From the sequence record NC_054924.1: 64,000 bases of DNA; one strand, 5' to 3'. Position 1 is the stretch's first letter; each line of letters begins with the position of its first letter. The notes under the pieces were generated by a model that saw nothing but the letters and a program-made list of their open reading frames with translations, was not told where the DNA came from and did no database searches. This document shows, in pieces, positions 20,006 to 29,208 of this stretch. Both the position numbers and the translations under genes were made by a program. This DNA comes from Escherichia phage vB_EcoM_Lutter.

Positions 20006-20412
20006 TTTTCAATTTTAATTTTACTAAATACGCAGAATATGATGGAAAAGACTATATAAGCACCACACACAGATTGAACTAATACCATTCCAAAGAACCA
20101 AACAATATTATCAAACAATGTCTGTTTTACGTCGAAAGGACGTAAACTTACAGTAATATTATCACCTTTTTCTATTGAAGAATACATCTCTGGGGAAATA
20201 TATTCGCTAAATCTATAACCGTCTTTGAGTTCATATACGGCAATAAACGATAAACTAGACCCTTTTCCTTGTGTTCCTGTAATGGTATTAACTACAGTAA
20301 CATCATAATCTTTATAATGCATATAATCATTAATTGCGTAATAACCATATGCAACTACTACACATAAACAACATATCAATAAATTCAATCTTTTAATTAT
20401 CAACTGTTTCAT
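20002..20412 (-). CDS. membrane protein (136 aa)
   Basis: N- and C-terminal hydrophobic segments. Confidence 0.5.
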   Translation of the reverse strand: MKQLIIKRLNLLICCLCVVVAYGYYAINDYMHYKDYDVTVVNTITGTQGKGSSLSFIAVYELKDGYRFSEYISPEMYSSIEKGDNITVSLRPFDVKQTLFDNIVWFFGMVLVQSVCGAYIVFSIIFCVFSKIKIEN

Positions 20413-20467
20413 AATAATCTCAATTAAAAGGGCTTAGAACCATTATACCATCCTTGGTATAAAGCGG

Positions 20468-20995
20468 TTATGCGAGTACCGTCTTTAACCGTTCTTCAAA
20501 CTTCCGAAGAGTATTCTGGCGTTCAGCTCTTTGCTTTTTGTAAGTTTCAATACGCTCTGAAATGAGAGTGTATCGTTCATTTACTGATTCTTTCATAAAA
20601 TCAGGAATTTCACGAGAAGATTTAATCTCGTCAAATTTATCAATAACAGCTTGCTCTTCAGCAATTAAGTTATCATACATCAAAATATCTTTCTTGATGA
20701 ACTCAATATCTTCTTGAGTTACACGAGATAATTTAGATGCTTTATCCTTTTTGTACTGTTCATTAGTATCACGAGACCAGTGTAATGTACGATTTTTATT
20801 CGTATTTTTGTAAATTTCTACAATACCGATCTCATCAATAATAACGATCCAATTCCAACGAGATTTGTAAATTTGCCCTCCATCAACCGTGATTTCACCT
20901 CCGATTGAGATGTCATTAAAGAACTTGCTTTGTGCTTCAGATTTAAATTTACCATCATTGTAGTTTACCAAGTTGAAAATATCTTTAGCATTCAT
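20468..20995 (-). CDS. hypothetical protein; start trimmed to MNAKDIF
   Basis: Track ORF reads through the promoter motif; GGAGG ribosome-binding site before ATG at 20995. Confidence 0.5.
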   Translation of the reverse strand: MNAKDIFNLVNYNDGKFKSEAQSKFFNDISIGGEITVDGGQIYKSRWNWIVIIDEIGIVEIYKNTNKNRTLHWSRDTNEQYKKDKASKLSRVTQEDIEFIKKDILMYDNLIAEEQAVIDKFDEIKSSREIPDFMKESVNERYTLISERIETYKKQRAERQNTLRKFEERLKTVLA

Positions 20996-21023
20996 TTTCT
21001 GTTCCTCCGTAGTTGATAGTTGT

Positions 21024-21052
21024 ATAGTACCACAGAGGAACGGTCTTGTAAA
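21024..21052 (-). promoter_or_regulatory. early promoter
   Basis: TTTACA-17-TGG-TACTAT, then conserved ACAACTATCAAC. Confidence 0.6.
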
Positions 21053-21055
21053 CAA

Positions 21056-21370
21056 CTAAAAGAAACTTCTTTCACAATTTTTTCCACTGAACCACGCGCT
21101 CACTGCTTTCTTAGTCTCAGGAGCAGTGTTATCCATAAACCATTCAAAGGCAGCCTTTTTATGATTCTGGAGAGCTTCTCGGGCTTTAATCTGCTCACGG
21201 TCTATTAACACTAACATATGAGCCTTTCTTGTCACCAAGGGCTTCTTATGATTCTTGGAGTATTCCCAGTCATTTGTCCAACGCATTGTCGTTGCGAACT
21301 GATGAACCGCGTCTTTAATTTTAGTTTCGTAAATTTCACGAGCCTTTGAGTATAACATCACTACCTCCAT
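21056..21370 (-). CDS. hypothetical protein (104 aa)
   Basis: ORF. Confidence 0.5.
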   Translation of the reverse strand: MEVVMLYSKAREIYETKIKDAVHQFATTMRWTNDWEYSKNHKKPLVTRKAHMLVLIDREQIKAREALQNHKKAAFEWFMDNTAPETKKAVSAWFSGKNCERSFF

Positions 21371-21459
21371 TTACCAGTTTAATTCTAATCATCTTTTTGA
21401 TGGCAGTCCATATAATCTATTTCTGAACTGCCTTTTTGTCATAGAAGTCCTCTTATGAA

Positions 21460-22428
21460 TTATTTCAGAAGAGTAACCTCAGCGATTTCTTGCCAACCGT
21501 TTTTGTCGGTCATAATAAAGTCAGCAAGATAAAGTGCAGTACGCAGTGAAACATTGCGTAAACGGTTAACATTGACTTTCATCCATGATAATGCTTTATA
21601 AGTTTCTTCATCAGAAAGACCGCGCTTTTGCATCATGTCGGTTGAAAGAATAACATCTTCAACCCTGACCATAATTTCTTCATTAGTGTGAACACCCAAA
21701 TCTAAATAAACTGAGCGGGACACTAACGCTTGTAAGTGTGGGGCAAGTTTAGTACCACGGTCTAATTCGCGGTCAATGTCAACGTTTGTGATAAAAACAA
21801 TCGTTCCTTTAAATTCAAACTCACGCTCAATGTCTTTTTCTTCTAAGTAAGAAGATGCAGTGCTCCAGCAGACTTTACGGGTCTCTCCGGTGTCCAGAGC
21901 GGCTTTTAGAAGATTAAGAATGTCCATATCAGAGAAAACATCCACATCATCAATCAAAAGGACAGAATTCTCTTCACGATTATTCCAGAGCTGTTCATAA
22001 AGACCAATACCAGAGATTTTACCGTTAATGCTTTTATATTCAATGTATCCATTATCATTTGCTTTATTCAAAGCTTTATCTAAAGAATACGTTTTACCAA
22101 TACCCGCCGCACCAGAGATAATTAATGAACGAATGTTTCCGTTAATAATACCATTCGTCATCATTCCCATAACATTAAATCTTTTATTAATGCGGGTTTT
22201 CATATCTTCATATGATTCTTTAACTTCTTCAACTTTTACACCATCATATGAAATGTCTGATTTGTAAACCCAAACACCGCGACGTTTACCGTCAATTTCA
22301 ACAAAAACTTTACCATCTCCTTGTGCATCTACCGGAGCATTATCTGGGAACCATTCGCCTAAGAGCTCAAAAGTTCCAGAGATTTCTTTACCGAAGTAGA
22401 TACCCTTATTGATAGTTACAGTTTTCAT
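21460..22428 (-). CDS. P-loop ATPase (AAA-like); start trimmed to MKTVTINKG
   Basis: Walker A GAAGIGKTYS, Walker B VLLIDDVD. Confidence 0.6.
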   Translation of the reverse strand: MKTVTINKGIYFGKEISGTFELLGEWFPDNAPVDAQGDGKVFVEIDGKRRGVWVYKSDISYDGVKVEEVKESYEDMKTRINKRFNVMGMMTNGIINGNIRSLIISGAAGIGKTYSLDKALNKANDNGYIEYKSINGKISGIGLYEQLWNNREENSVLLIDDVDVFSDMDILNLLKAALDTGETRKVCWSTASSYLEEKDIEREFEFKGTIVFITNVDIDRELDRGTKLAPHLQALVSRSVYLDLGVHTNEEIMVRVEDVILSTDMMQKRGLSDEETYKALSWMKVNVNRLRNVSLRTALYLADFIMTDKNGWQEIAEVTLLK

Positions 22429-22462
22429 TTTATTCTCCAAATCCGTATCAGTTGATAGTTGT

Positions 22463-22491
22463 ATAGTACCACAAAGCTCTATGCTTGTAAA
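22463..22491 (-). promoter_or_regulatory. early promoter
   Basis: TTTACA-17-TGG-TACTAT; follows a terminator hairpin. Confidence 0.6.
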
Positions 22492-22511
22492 CAATTTTGT
22501 GAAAAAATTTT

Positions 22512-22529
22512 AAAATAAAAAGGGAGCCC
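22512..22529 (-). terminator. intrinsic terminator (CUUCGG loop)
   Basis: GGGAGCC-UUCG-GGCUCCC then UUUUUAUUUUA; followed by an early promoter. Confidence 0.6.
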
Positions 22530-22541
22530 GAAGGCTCCCTA

Positions 22542-23555
22542 TCATTTATAATAACTTCGATGGTTTTCAAGATAGACCTTCTCAAGGAAGTCATCCCAGA
22601 AACTCATGTCTACTTTTTGCTGCATACCGTTCTTAGAAGCTTCAGTAGATGCTGCTTCTACTTGATCGACCACATCTTCCAAAAACTCTTGAACTGTTTT
22701 AAATGGGTGTTTACCCAACTTCACGTCGAGAATAAATGGAGCATCTTGGAGTGGATAAACCAAGTCACCAGTTTTGTAAATTTCCAATAGTTGGAGTCCA
22801 CCACGGCAGGCATGGCTCAGAGCTTTCCAGTCAATGCCTTCATTGGCTTCGGCCTTACGAGCGCGTTCACCGTATTCAGCATCTAATTTGTTCAGTGACT
22901 GCTTAAGCTCAATAAGAGAAAGCGTTGTCTGATATTTACGACCCAACACAGTGTAGAACATTTGTGGGCCTGTTTTCTCATGATTATGGAACACCCATTC
23001 ACAGAATTCGTTTTCTGGAAGACGATGCTTAATATCTTCAACTTTAGTACGACGCTGCTTAATAGAACCATCTTCTTGGTAATCAATCCATTGCTCAGGG
23101 ATTTGATTAACTACTTTCAATACATCACGTAATGCAGCCAAACGAGAACCCTTGACGCCATATTTAGAAGCTTGCTTACGGACATATCCTAAATAGGATT
23201 TCATGTTAGTCGTATAAAAACGAGAACGGTTGTCTTGAATAAACTTCCACACATCAGGCAAATCAGATTTAACCACTAGTTCAGGTGGAGTGTGAAGCAT
23301 ATCCAATGCTACAGTTTCACCATCTGCTGCTAATTTAAAGAAATATTTAAGACTGTATAGTTCATGGTCAATATCATCTTTAGTGTTTTTAGATGATGTA
23401 TTGTTGGTATTTTTACTCATATGCTCTTTAACATTTCCGATAAGAATATCACGAGCAGGAGGAACAAAGATTTCTTTAAAATCTACATCAGATTCTGGGG
23501 TAGAAGTTCCATAAAGATGACTACCAAAATAGCTTTTCATTACTGTTTTCATCAT
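22542..23555 (-). CDS. nucleotidyltransferase-fold protein
   Basis: 337 aa; N-terminal FGSHLYGTSTPESDVDF fits the GS...DxD nucleotidyltransferase signature. Confidence 0.5.
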   Translation of the reverse strand: MMKTVMKSYFGSHLYGTSTPESDVDFKEIFVPPARDILIGNVKEHMSKNTNNTSSKNTKDDIDHELYSLKYFFKLAADGETVALDMLHTPPELVVKSDLPDVWKFIQDNRSRFYTTNMKSYLGYVRKQASKYGVKGSRLAALRDVLKVVNQIPEQWIDYQEDGSIKQRRTKVEDIKHRLPENEFCEWVFHNHEKTGPQMFYTVLGRKYQTTLSLIELKQSLNKLDAEYGERARKAEANEGIDWKALSHACRGGLQLLEIYKTGDLVYPLQDAPFILDVKLGKHPFKTVQEFLEDVVDQVEAASTEASKNGMQQKVDMSFWDDFLEKVYLENHRSYYK

Positions 23556-24013
23556 TCAGCCTTATATTCAATAACAGGACATACTTTAGCTTTACGAGCC
23601 TTTAAAAATTCGACGATAATCGATTTCTTAGGTTGAATAGGAGGTAAACCTTTATACGCCCTATCAATATTTTCTACGTGTAAAGCATAATCCTTTTTCC
23701 ATTTATAATCTTTATATTTTTCACGCAGTTGTGCAGGAATAACAAATGAACCGATAATAAGTAAAACAAGCAAAATGGCAAGTATAAATGCTGATGGAAT
23801 AAGAGTCCATAAACTACCAAAAATAAGCCAACGTTGTAGGCTTTCTGCACAAATAATTGTTAACCCTACGAGTATAGCACACCCAAAAATAGAAACGAAA
23901 AATGTAGGAATGGCAATAGACCAAAAATATGCGCACAGTGTCTTAGGTCGTTTCCATTCGTCGTTAAACATTTTGAATAATTTATAATGCCAAGAGTTTT
24001 CATTAATAATCAT
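23552..24013 (-). CDS. membrane protein (153 aa)
   Basis: Several hydrophobic helices. Confidence 0.5.
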   Translation of the reverse strand: MIINENSWHYKLFKMFNDEWKRPKTLCAYFWSIAIPTFFVSIFGCAILVGLTIICAESLQRWLIFGSLWTLIPSAFILAILLVLLIIGSFVIPAQLREKYKDYKWKKDYALHVENIDRAYKGLPPIQPKKSIIVEFLKARKAKVCPVIEYKAE

Positions 24014-24015
24014 AA

Positions 24016-24537
24016 TTATCCTTTCATTGAAGGTGTAACAGTTGTTAAATACTTAATCATAGCTTCAGCTTCTGATTTTGATAATGAAATTTCTCCATTG
24101 TTTTGACGAATAGAAATAAAATCCGGATGACGGTCACCACCAGCTTTTAAAACACACATATAAGTATCAGTTTCATCTTCAATATTTGAAATGATTGAAG
24201 CAGTTCCACATGAATGTGGTTTTTGATAAATCAATGCAGCTTTTCTTCCGCCATTTGACTGTTCATAAACTTTTAACACATCAAACAAATCGCTTCTTTT
24301 ATCAATAGCTAAGATGTTGTTTTCATCTTCAATATTAAATCCTTCGGATACTTCATAAAGTGTCACCCATAAATCACCAATATCAATAACAGCGTTCACT
24401 TTTCCATGACTTTCAAGAGCATTACAAATTTTCTTAATTTCATCATAACTCATTTTAATAATATCATCTCCTTGAATAAGGAAGATGTCATTTTTAAATT
24501 CAACACGAATTAAACCACTTCCACTTGAAATAAACAT
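24016..24537 (-). CDS. hypothetical protein, paralog of 24544-25101
   Basis: 173 aa; shared C-terminal motif ...KYLTTVTPSM. Confidence 0.5.
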   Translation of the reverse strand: MFISSGSGLIRVEFKNDIFLIQGDDIIKMSYDEIKKICNALESHGKVNAVIDIGDLWVTLYEVSEGFNIEDENNILAIDKRSDLFDVLKVYEQSNGGRKAALIYQKPHSCGTASIISNIEDETDTYMCVLKAGGDRHPDFISIRQNNGEISLSKSEAEAMIKYLTTVTPSMKG

Positions 24538-24543
24538 ATTTCC

Positions 24544-25101
24544 TCACTTTGAAATCATAGTTGGAATAACAGAATCAAGATAAGTCTTTAGTGCAATAGC
24601 TTCGTCTTTGTTTAATGTAATGATATGTGATCGAAAATCGTCAATTTGACGAATAGATACTACATCTCCCTCTTCATAGCATTTTGACACATTTAAAATA
24701 GTTTCATCATTATGATTACAGGAGTTAGTAATAATAGCATTACATTTTTTAAACCATTTTAAATTATGTTTTCTTTTAGTAGAATCATAAAAATATTTAA
24801 TGTTAGTTATAAAATTATCCCAATTATTAATTGATAAGCACATTGACTCGCTTTTAATATTAAATCCTGGGCATGAAGAATAAAAATGAATTTTATGCTC
24901 ATCATTAATGCTTACAATTTTATCAGTGTAAGCATATTCAATTTGGGTTAAACGAACAATTTCGCTAGGCGTAAAATATAACATGTCATCTTCTTGCGTC
25001 AAACGATACATGTTATTTACTTTTTCTATAGCCAATTCACCAAAAAGTGGACTAACTTCTAATACTAATCGTTTCATATTGATTCTCTTCGACTCGCTCA
25101 C
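24544..25101 (-). CDS. hypothetical protein, paralog of 24016-24537 (start probably ATG at 25077)
   Basis: 185 aa; C-terminal ...KTYLDSVIPTM. Confidence 0.5.
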   Translation of the reverse strand: MSESKRINMKRLVLEVSPLFGELAIEKVNNMYRLTQEDDMLYFTPSEIVRLTQIEYAYTDKIVSINDEHKIHFYSSCPGFNIKSESMCLSINNWDNFITNIKYFYDSTKRKHNLKWFKKCNAIITNSCNHNDETILNVSKCYEEGDVVSIRQIDDFRSHIITLNKDEAIALKTYLDSVIPTMISK

Positions 25102-25236
25102 AATTACATACTCCTTTGAATAATATCAATAATGTTGTTCACCAAATTATAAGTAAACATTGGGTAATTATATTGAATCATCACATACACAACAAACAAA
25201 ACTTTCATTCTCTTCTCCTTGGCAGTTGACAAGATT

Positions 25237-25265
25237 ACTATACCATAACCTTGCCAACTTGTAAA
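25237..25265 (-). promoter_or_regulatory. early promoter
   Basis: TTTACA-17-TGG-TATAGT. Confidence 0.5.
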
Positions 25266-25431
25266 CCATTAAATGACGTTTTCAATAAAATTCTGAAGCT
25301 TTGTGTGAGCATCAACCATGATTTTCATTTCTTCCTTTGCGAAAGCTGTACCTCTTTCCCGAGCAGAATACTCATAGTCAGAAACTGCATTAGCATATTC
25401 TTCAATTAGCTTCATTAAAAACATCTGCTTT

Positions 25432-25626
25432 TCAGTTTTCATTATTCCACCTAATCATTTCAAGATATTGAACTAACTTAGCTTTAGATTTGTCCAAATC
25501 CTTTTTAGCTGCTTCTATACCATCGTATGAATATCCTTCACAATGCTCAACTGCTAATTGGTATGAATCTATTTCAATATCATGCGCTAATTTAATGATT
25601 TTTTCAAACTGTTCGCGTGTTAGCAT
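25432..25626 (-). CDS. hypothetical protein (64 aa)
   Basis: ORF. Confidence 0.45.
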   Translation of the reverse strand: MLTREQFEKIIKLAHDIEIDSYQLAVEHCEGYSYDGIEAAKKDLDKSKAKLVQYLEMIRWNNEN

Positions 25627-25628
25627 AA

Positions 25629-25847
25629 TTAAACTCTCGTATTATGATCGATAATTTCATCAAGAAACATATCTAACGCTTCTAAAGCATTATCAACTTT
25701 AGCTTCAAATTCTTCAATACTTGATAAGGCAAAGTTAATGCGTTCCTCATCTGCTTTACGAATTAAAGCTACCAATTCCTTAATTTTATCCGCTTGTTCG
25801 ATACTAATCATTATTCCACCACATATGAAAGAGAGAATATTGCACAC
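25629..25847 (-). CDS. hypothetical protein (72 aa)
   Basis: ORF. Confidence 0.45.
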
Positions 25848-25999
25848 GCCATGTGAGTTGCAACTTCATCACACATATTATAACGTTTCTTAAGAAGTTC
25901 TACAAGTTCTTCACTAGTAACTTCATCCATGTCGACGAAAAAATCACCATTAATGATGACGTAGATATTTCCTTCTTGATTGAGTGCTTCAATTTTCAT
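25811..25999 (-). CDS. hypothetical protein; start trimmed to MKIEALNQ
   Basis: Track ORF extended through promoter motif. Confidence 0.45.
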
Positions 26000-26027
26000 G
26001 ATGTTCTCCTCTTTATCCGATAGTTGT

Positions 26028-26056
26028 ATAGTACCACAGCTCAAACGGAAAGTAAA
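26028..26056 (-). promoter_or_regulatory. early promoter
   Basis: TTTACT-17-TGG-TACTAT; follows hairpin 26074-26089. Confidence 0.6.
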
Positions 26057-26073
26057 CCGGTAAAATGAAAAAA

Positions 26074-26089
26074 GTCTCCCGAAGGAGAC
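26074..26089 (-). terminator. intrinsic terminator (CUUCGG loop) after rI.-1
   Basis: GUCUCC-UUCG-GGAGAC then UUUUUU; followed by an early promoter. Confidence 0.6.
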
Positions 26090-26094
26090 TAATG

Positions 26095-26481
26095 TTATTC
26101 GAGGGAAAGAAGATACTTACTCTGGTAAAACATTCCAGTAATATCATCTATCGTGCTTTGGATGGCTGGAGGCATTTCTTTATAAATGCTGTTAGATTGG
26201 TCTAGTATGCGATCAATCATTTTAATTGTGTCGGTAGGAAGTTTACTGGCATCTGGAATTGAAGGTGTGTATTTTCTACCAGAATACCCCAAATATTGCT
26301 CACCAAATTTATCAATCAAATCTGGCAACTCGGAAAAAATAAAATCGTATGCTTTGTGTCTAGCATAACTTTTAGTTTCAAAATGTGCAGAATGAAAATA
26401 AGCTTGTGCAGCCATTAATAAACCTAAGTATTCATCTGCCTTTGAAGGTTTTCCACTTTGTGAAAAGTCGCTGAATTTCAT
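26095..26481 (-). CDS. hypothetical protein (rI.-1 position)
   Basis: 128 aa; immediately upstream of rI. Confidence 0.5.
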
Positions 26482-26771
26482 TCAGTCTCCAATTTAATGT
26501 TCATAATTCTAGCGTATGATTGTGCCATCTCCGCGCCTCGTTCTATACATTCAAAATCAGAAGAGCACGGGTCATTTTTATAGGTCGTTCTCATAAAACT
26601 ATAGAATTGTTCAGACGATTCTACGCTTTTATTTTCAAAAAGCATATAAACGTGCCTAATACCAGATTCCATAAATTTATCAAAATGAGGATCGACATTC
26701 GCTTCAATCGGTGGAGATAAAGCAAACGCTAATCCTAGCATGGCAAATAGTGCCGTTGCTTTTAAGGCCAT
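26478..26771 (-). CDS. rI: lysis inhibition regulator RI (periplasmic antiholin)
   Basis: 97 aa; N-terminal signal-anchor MALKATALFAMLGLAFALSPPIEA; T4 RI length and position. Confidence 0.75.
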   Translation of the reverse strand: MALKATALFAMLGLAFALSPPIEANVDPHFDKFMESGIRHVYMLFENKSVESSEQFYSFMRTTYKNDPCSSDFECIERGAEMAQSYARIMNIKLETE

Positions 26772-26783
26772 AAAGGCCTCCTA

Positions 26784-26996
26784 TCATTTTTGTCCTGTAT
26801 TTACTTTATGCCGATGCACGGCCTTAACTTTATCAAGGTATTTTTCAAAATTTCGCAATCTAGTATAGTCTGCCGGAGATTGGTTGAGTGATACTTCTCG
26901 ACGCAAAGCTGAAATGATATTTCCAACTTCCCTACGAATTTCATCTAATTGAAGAACGGTAAGATTGCGAAGTTGCTTTTCAGTTAATTGTAGCAT
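26784..26996 (-). CDS. hypothetical protein (rI.1 position)
   Basis: 70 aa. Confidence 0.5.
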
Positions 26997-27022
26997 ATAT
27001 ACCCCTTTAGTTAGATAAACCT

Positions 27023-27030
27023 ATTTATAA
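27023..27030 (-). promoter_or_regulatory. candidate T4 late promoter (TATAAATA)
   Basis: Exact TATAAATA on minus strand about 30 nt upstream of the rI.1/rI start. Confidence 0.4.
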
Positions 27031-27038
27031 CTTTTGCA

Positions 27039-27620
27039 CTAACCGAGCTTTTTAGTTAATTCATTCCAATGTTTTCTACACAAAGAAACATAAATTTCAT
27101 CACCAATACAGATTTGATTACCTTCTTTAACTGGTGTTCCATCTTCCATTAATCGAGCTGTCATAATAGCTTTTTTACCACAATGACAAACTGCCTTTAG
27201 TTCAATAAGTTTATCTGCAATCGCCAAAAGTTCTTTAGAACCTTCAAATAATTTTCCAGCGAAATCAGTCCTTAGTCCATAAGCCATAACAGGAACATTA
27301 TATGTATCAACAATTCGGCTTAATTGATGCACTTGTTCAGTTTTTAAAAACTGAGCTTCATCTACAAATACACAATGAATATCTTTTTGTGCTTCAGCCC
27401 ATTTATAGAACTCAAAAATATCCATATCATCCGTAATAATATTCGCTTCCTGTTTAATTCCAATGCGAGAAACGACTTCACAGACAGAATCGCGAGTATC
27501 AATAGCAGGCTTAAGAACTAATACACTCATTCCACGTTCTTTATAATTATGCGCAGCAGTCAAAAGAGAAGCAGATTTTCCAGCATTCATTGCTGCATAA
27601 GTAAAAATTAAACTCGCCAT
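27039..27620 (-). CDS. tk: thymidine kinase
   Basis: 193 aa; P-loop NAGKSASL, C-terminal CxxC...C zinc motif. Confidence 0.9.
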   Translation of the reverse strand: MASLIFTYAAMNAGKSASLLTAAHNYKERGMSVLVLKPAIDTRDSVCEVVSRIGIKQEANIITDDMDIFEFYKWAEAQKDIHCVFVDEAQFLKTEQVHQLSRIVDTYNVPVMAYGLRTDFAGKLFEGSKELLAIADKLIELKAVCHCGKKAIMTARLMEDGTPVKEGNQICIGDEIYVSLCRKHWNELTKKLG

Positions 27621-27629
27621 ATCACCTTC

Positions 27630-27815
27630 TTAAAGCGTATTCACATAAGCTATTAATTCATTTTCTTTCTTATCAAACCGATCAGCAAATTCTTCCTGCT
27701 GTTCAGGAGATAGCGGGCCGTATTCATCATAAAAGGTGTTTGCTTCTGTATGCTCATCTAGAAGTTCATGGATAAGCTCAAACAATTTATCTTTTTGTTC
27801 TTTGCTTAGGCTCAC
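27630..27815 (-). CDS. hypothetical acidic protein (61 aa)
   Basis: ORF. Confidence 0.45.
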   Translation of the reverse strand: MSLSKEQKDKLFELIHELLDEHTEANTFYDEYGPLSPEQQEEFADRFDKKENELIAYVNTL

Positions 27816-27984
27816 AGTATGTCAATCCCCAAAAGTTTTAAAATGACTCGTTTCTGATTCATAACTGCTACGATTGAATGACCGTTGGGGTCTTTTTGAC
27901 CTGATCCAATTATAAATCCTTTTTGCGCAGAAAGTTTAATCAAAACATCAAGTTCACGTAATAATTGATATTTTAAATCATCAT

Positions 27985-28212
27985 TCATTTTGGTTTACCT
28001 TCTTTAACGAAATCAGGATAAGGATAAAATCCTGAATAAAATCCTTCACCTTTATGATTGATGCATCCTTTATTAGAACAATAGCACCAATAATCGAAAT
28101 CACAAGTCATTTCATCGTTGCATAAAGCAAAAACAACCGGCCACTTACACTTTTCGCAGTGGGCATTTTTAAGAATACTAGTTTGGCTCATAACCATGTA
28201 ACCTTTAAGCAA
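27985..28212 (-). CDS. cysteine-rich small protein (75 aa)
   Basis: Multiple Cys/His pairs (CEKCKW...CNDEMTCDFDYWCYC...CINH). Confidence 0.45.
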   Translation of the reverse strand: MLKGYMVMSQTSILKNAHCEKCKWPVVFALCNDEMTCDFDYWCYCSNKGCINHKGEGFYSGFYPYPDFVKEGKPK

Positions 28213-28415
28213 TATTCTTCTACATGTTGTTTACGACCTTTCTTATCAATAAAGGTATATTCAACGAATGTTCCAATGTAGTCTTTATCTACATCATGTG
28301 GACTATTAATTGGACATTTAGTACGGCAAATGCGTTCCCATTGACGAATAATTACTGCCTTATTCTTTGGGTCATACGGATGTGGATAATGTATATTCAT
28401 AATAACGGTTCCCAA
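28188..28415 (-). CDS. hypothetical protein (75 aa)
   Basis: ORF. Confidence 0.45.
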   Translation of the reverse strand: MGTVIMNIHYPHPYDPKNKAVIIRQWERICRTKCPINSPHDVDKDYIGTFVEYTFIDKKGRKQHVEEYCLKVTWL

Positions 28416-28864
28416 TCAACAATCACAATTTCTAATTTAGAGGAATATGTATCTAAAATCCCCTCAATAATATCCCAGTTCCCTTTACCTATGCCTGCAC
28501 CAATCCTAGGCATATAGATTGTAGGTTTAATCAGTTTATTTTCACCAAACTCATTTAATTCTAACATACAATTCATTAAAGCGGAATACTCAAAATTTGG
28601 CCCCGGTTGAAATTGAGTATAAAGATTGAAGCAGTAAGCTTTATGAGTCCTAAAGTATTTTTCATAGACTGAGTAAGAACCGAGTTTAGTTACATCGCCC
28701 CATTCTGTCTGTAATTTATCAGCTTCCAAAATTTTAGGGAAAGCTTTAGTTAATTGACCTGCGACTCCAGCTTTCATCGTGTGAAAACAGTTACACCCAT
28801 GCGCAATAATATTACCTTCAAGAAAGAGGGCGACAATATCGCCCTTGATATATTTTACAATCAT
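28397..28864 (-). CDS. macro-domain-like protein
   Basis: 155 aa; HGCNCFHTMKAGVAGQL and PRIGAGIGKG resemble macro-domain ADP-ribose-binding loops. Confidence 0.5.
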   Translation of the reverse strand: MIVKYIKGDIVALFLEGNIIAHGCNCFHTMKAGVAGQLTKAFPKILEADKLQTEWGDVTKLGSYSVYEKYFRTHKAYCFNLYTQFQPGPNFEYSALMNCMLELNEFGENKLIKPTIYMPRIGAGIGKGNWDIIEGILDTYSSKLEIVIVDWEPLL

Positions 28865-29208
28865 CTAGTACTCAATCCTCGATTATAAGAATCTACCAAA
28901 CGGTCAACCATTGAATGACAAGCGGCTTTATCTTTCTCCTCCGCAACTGAACATTCTAAGGTATTCCACTTTTTAGCATATCGTTTTAACAATGTATCAT
29001 TTTTGTATCTGCTTGATTTATCTCTTTCTCCGTCTTTATATGCATATATTAATTTCTGCGCAAATTCAGCTTGGCATGCTTTATTTTTCCCGCAATAATC
29101 CGCTGCAGTACGGTTTACATACTCTCTAATTTCAGTATATGATGTATCTGCTAACGCAGAAGCAGAAAATGAAATTAATCCTATACATAAAACCAAAATT
29201 TTAGTCAT
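28861..29208 (-). CDS. small secreted protein (positional candidate for vs)
   Basis: 115 aa; N-terminal signal peptide MTKILVLCIGLISFSASALA. Confidence 0.45.
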   Translation of the reverse strand: MTKILVLCIGLISFSASALADTSYTEIREYVNRTAADYCGKNKACQAEFAQKLIYAYKDGERDKSSRYKNDTLLKRYAKKWNTLECSVAEEKDKAACHSMVDRLVDSYNRGLSTR

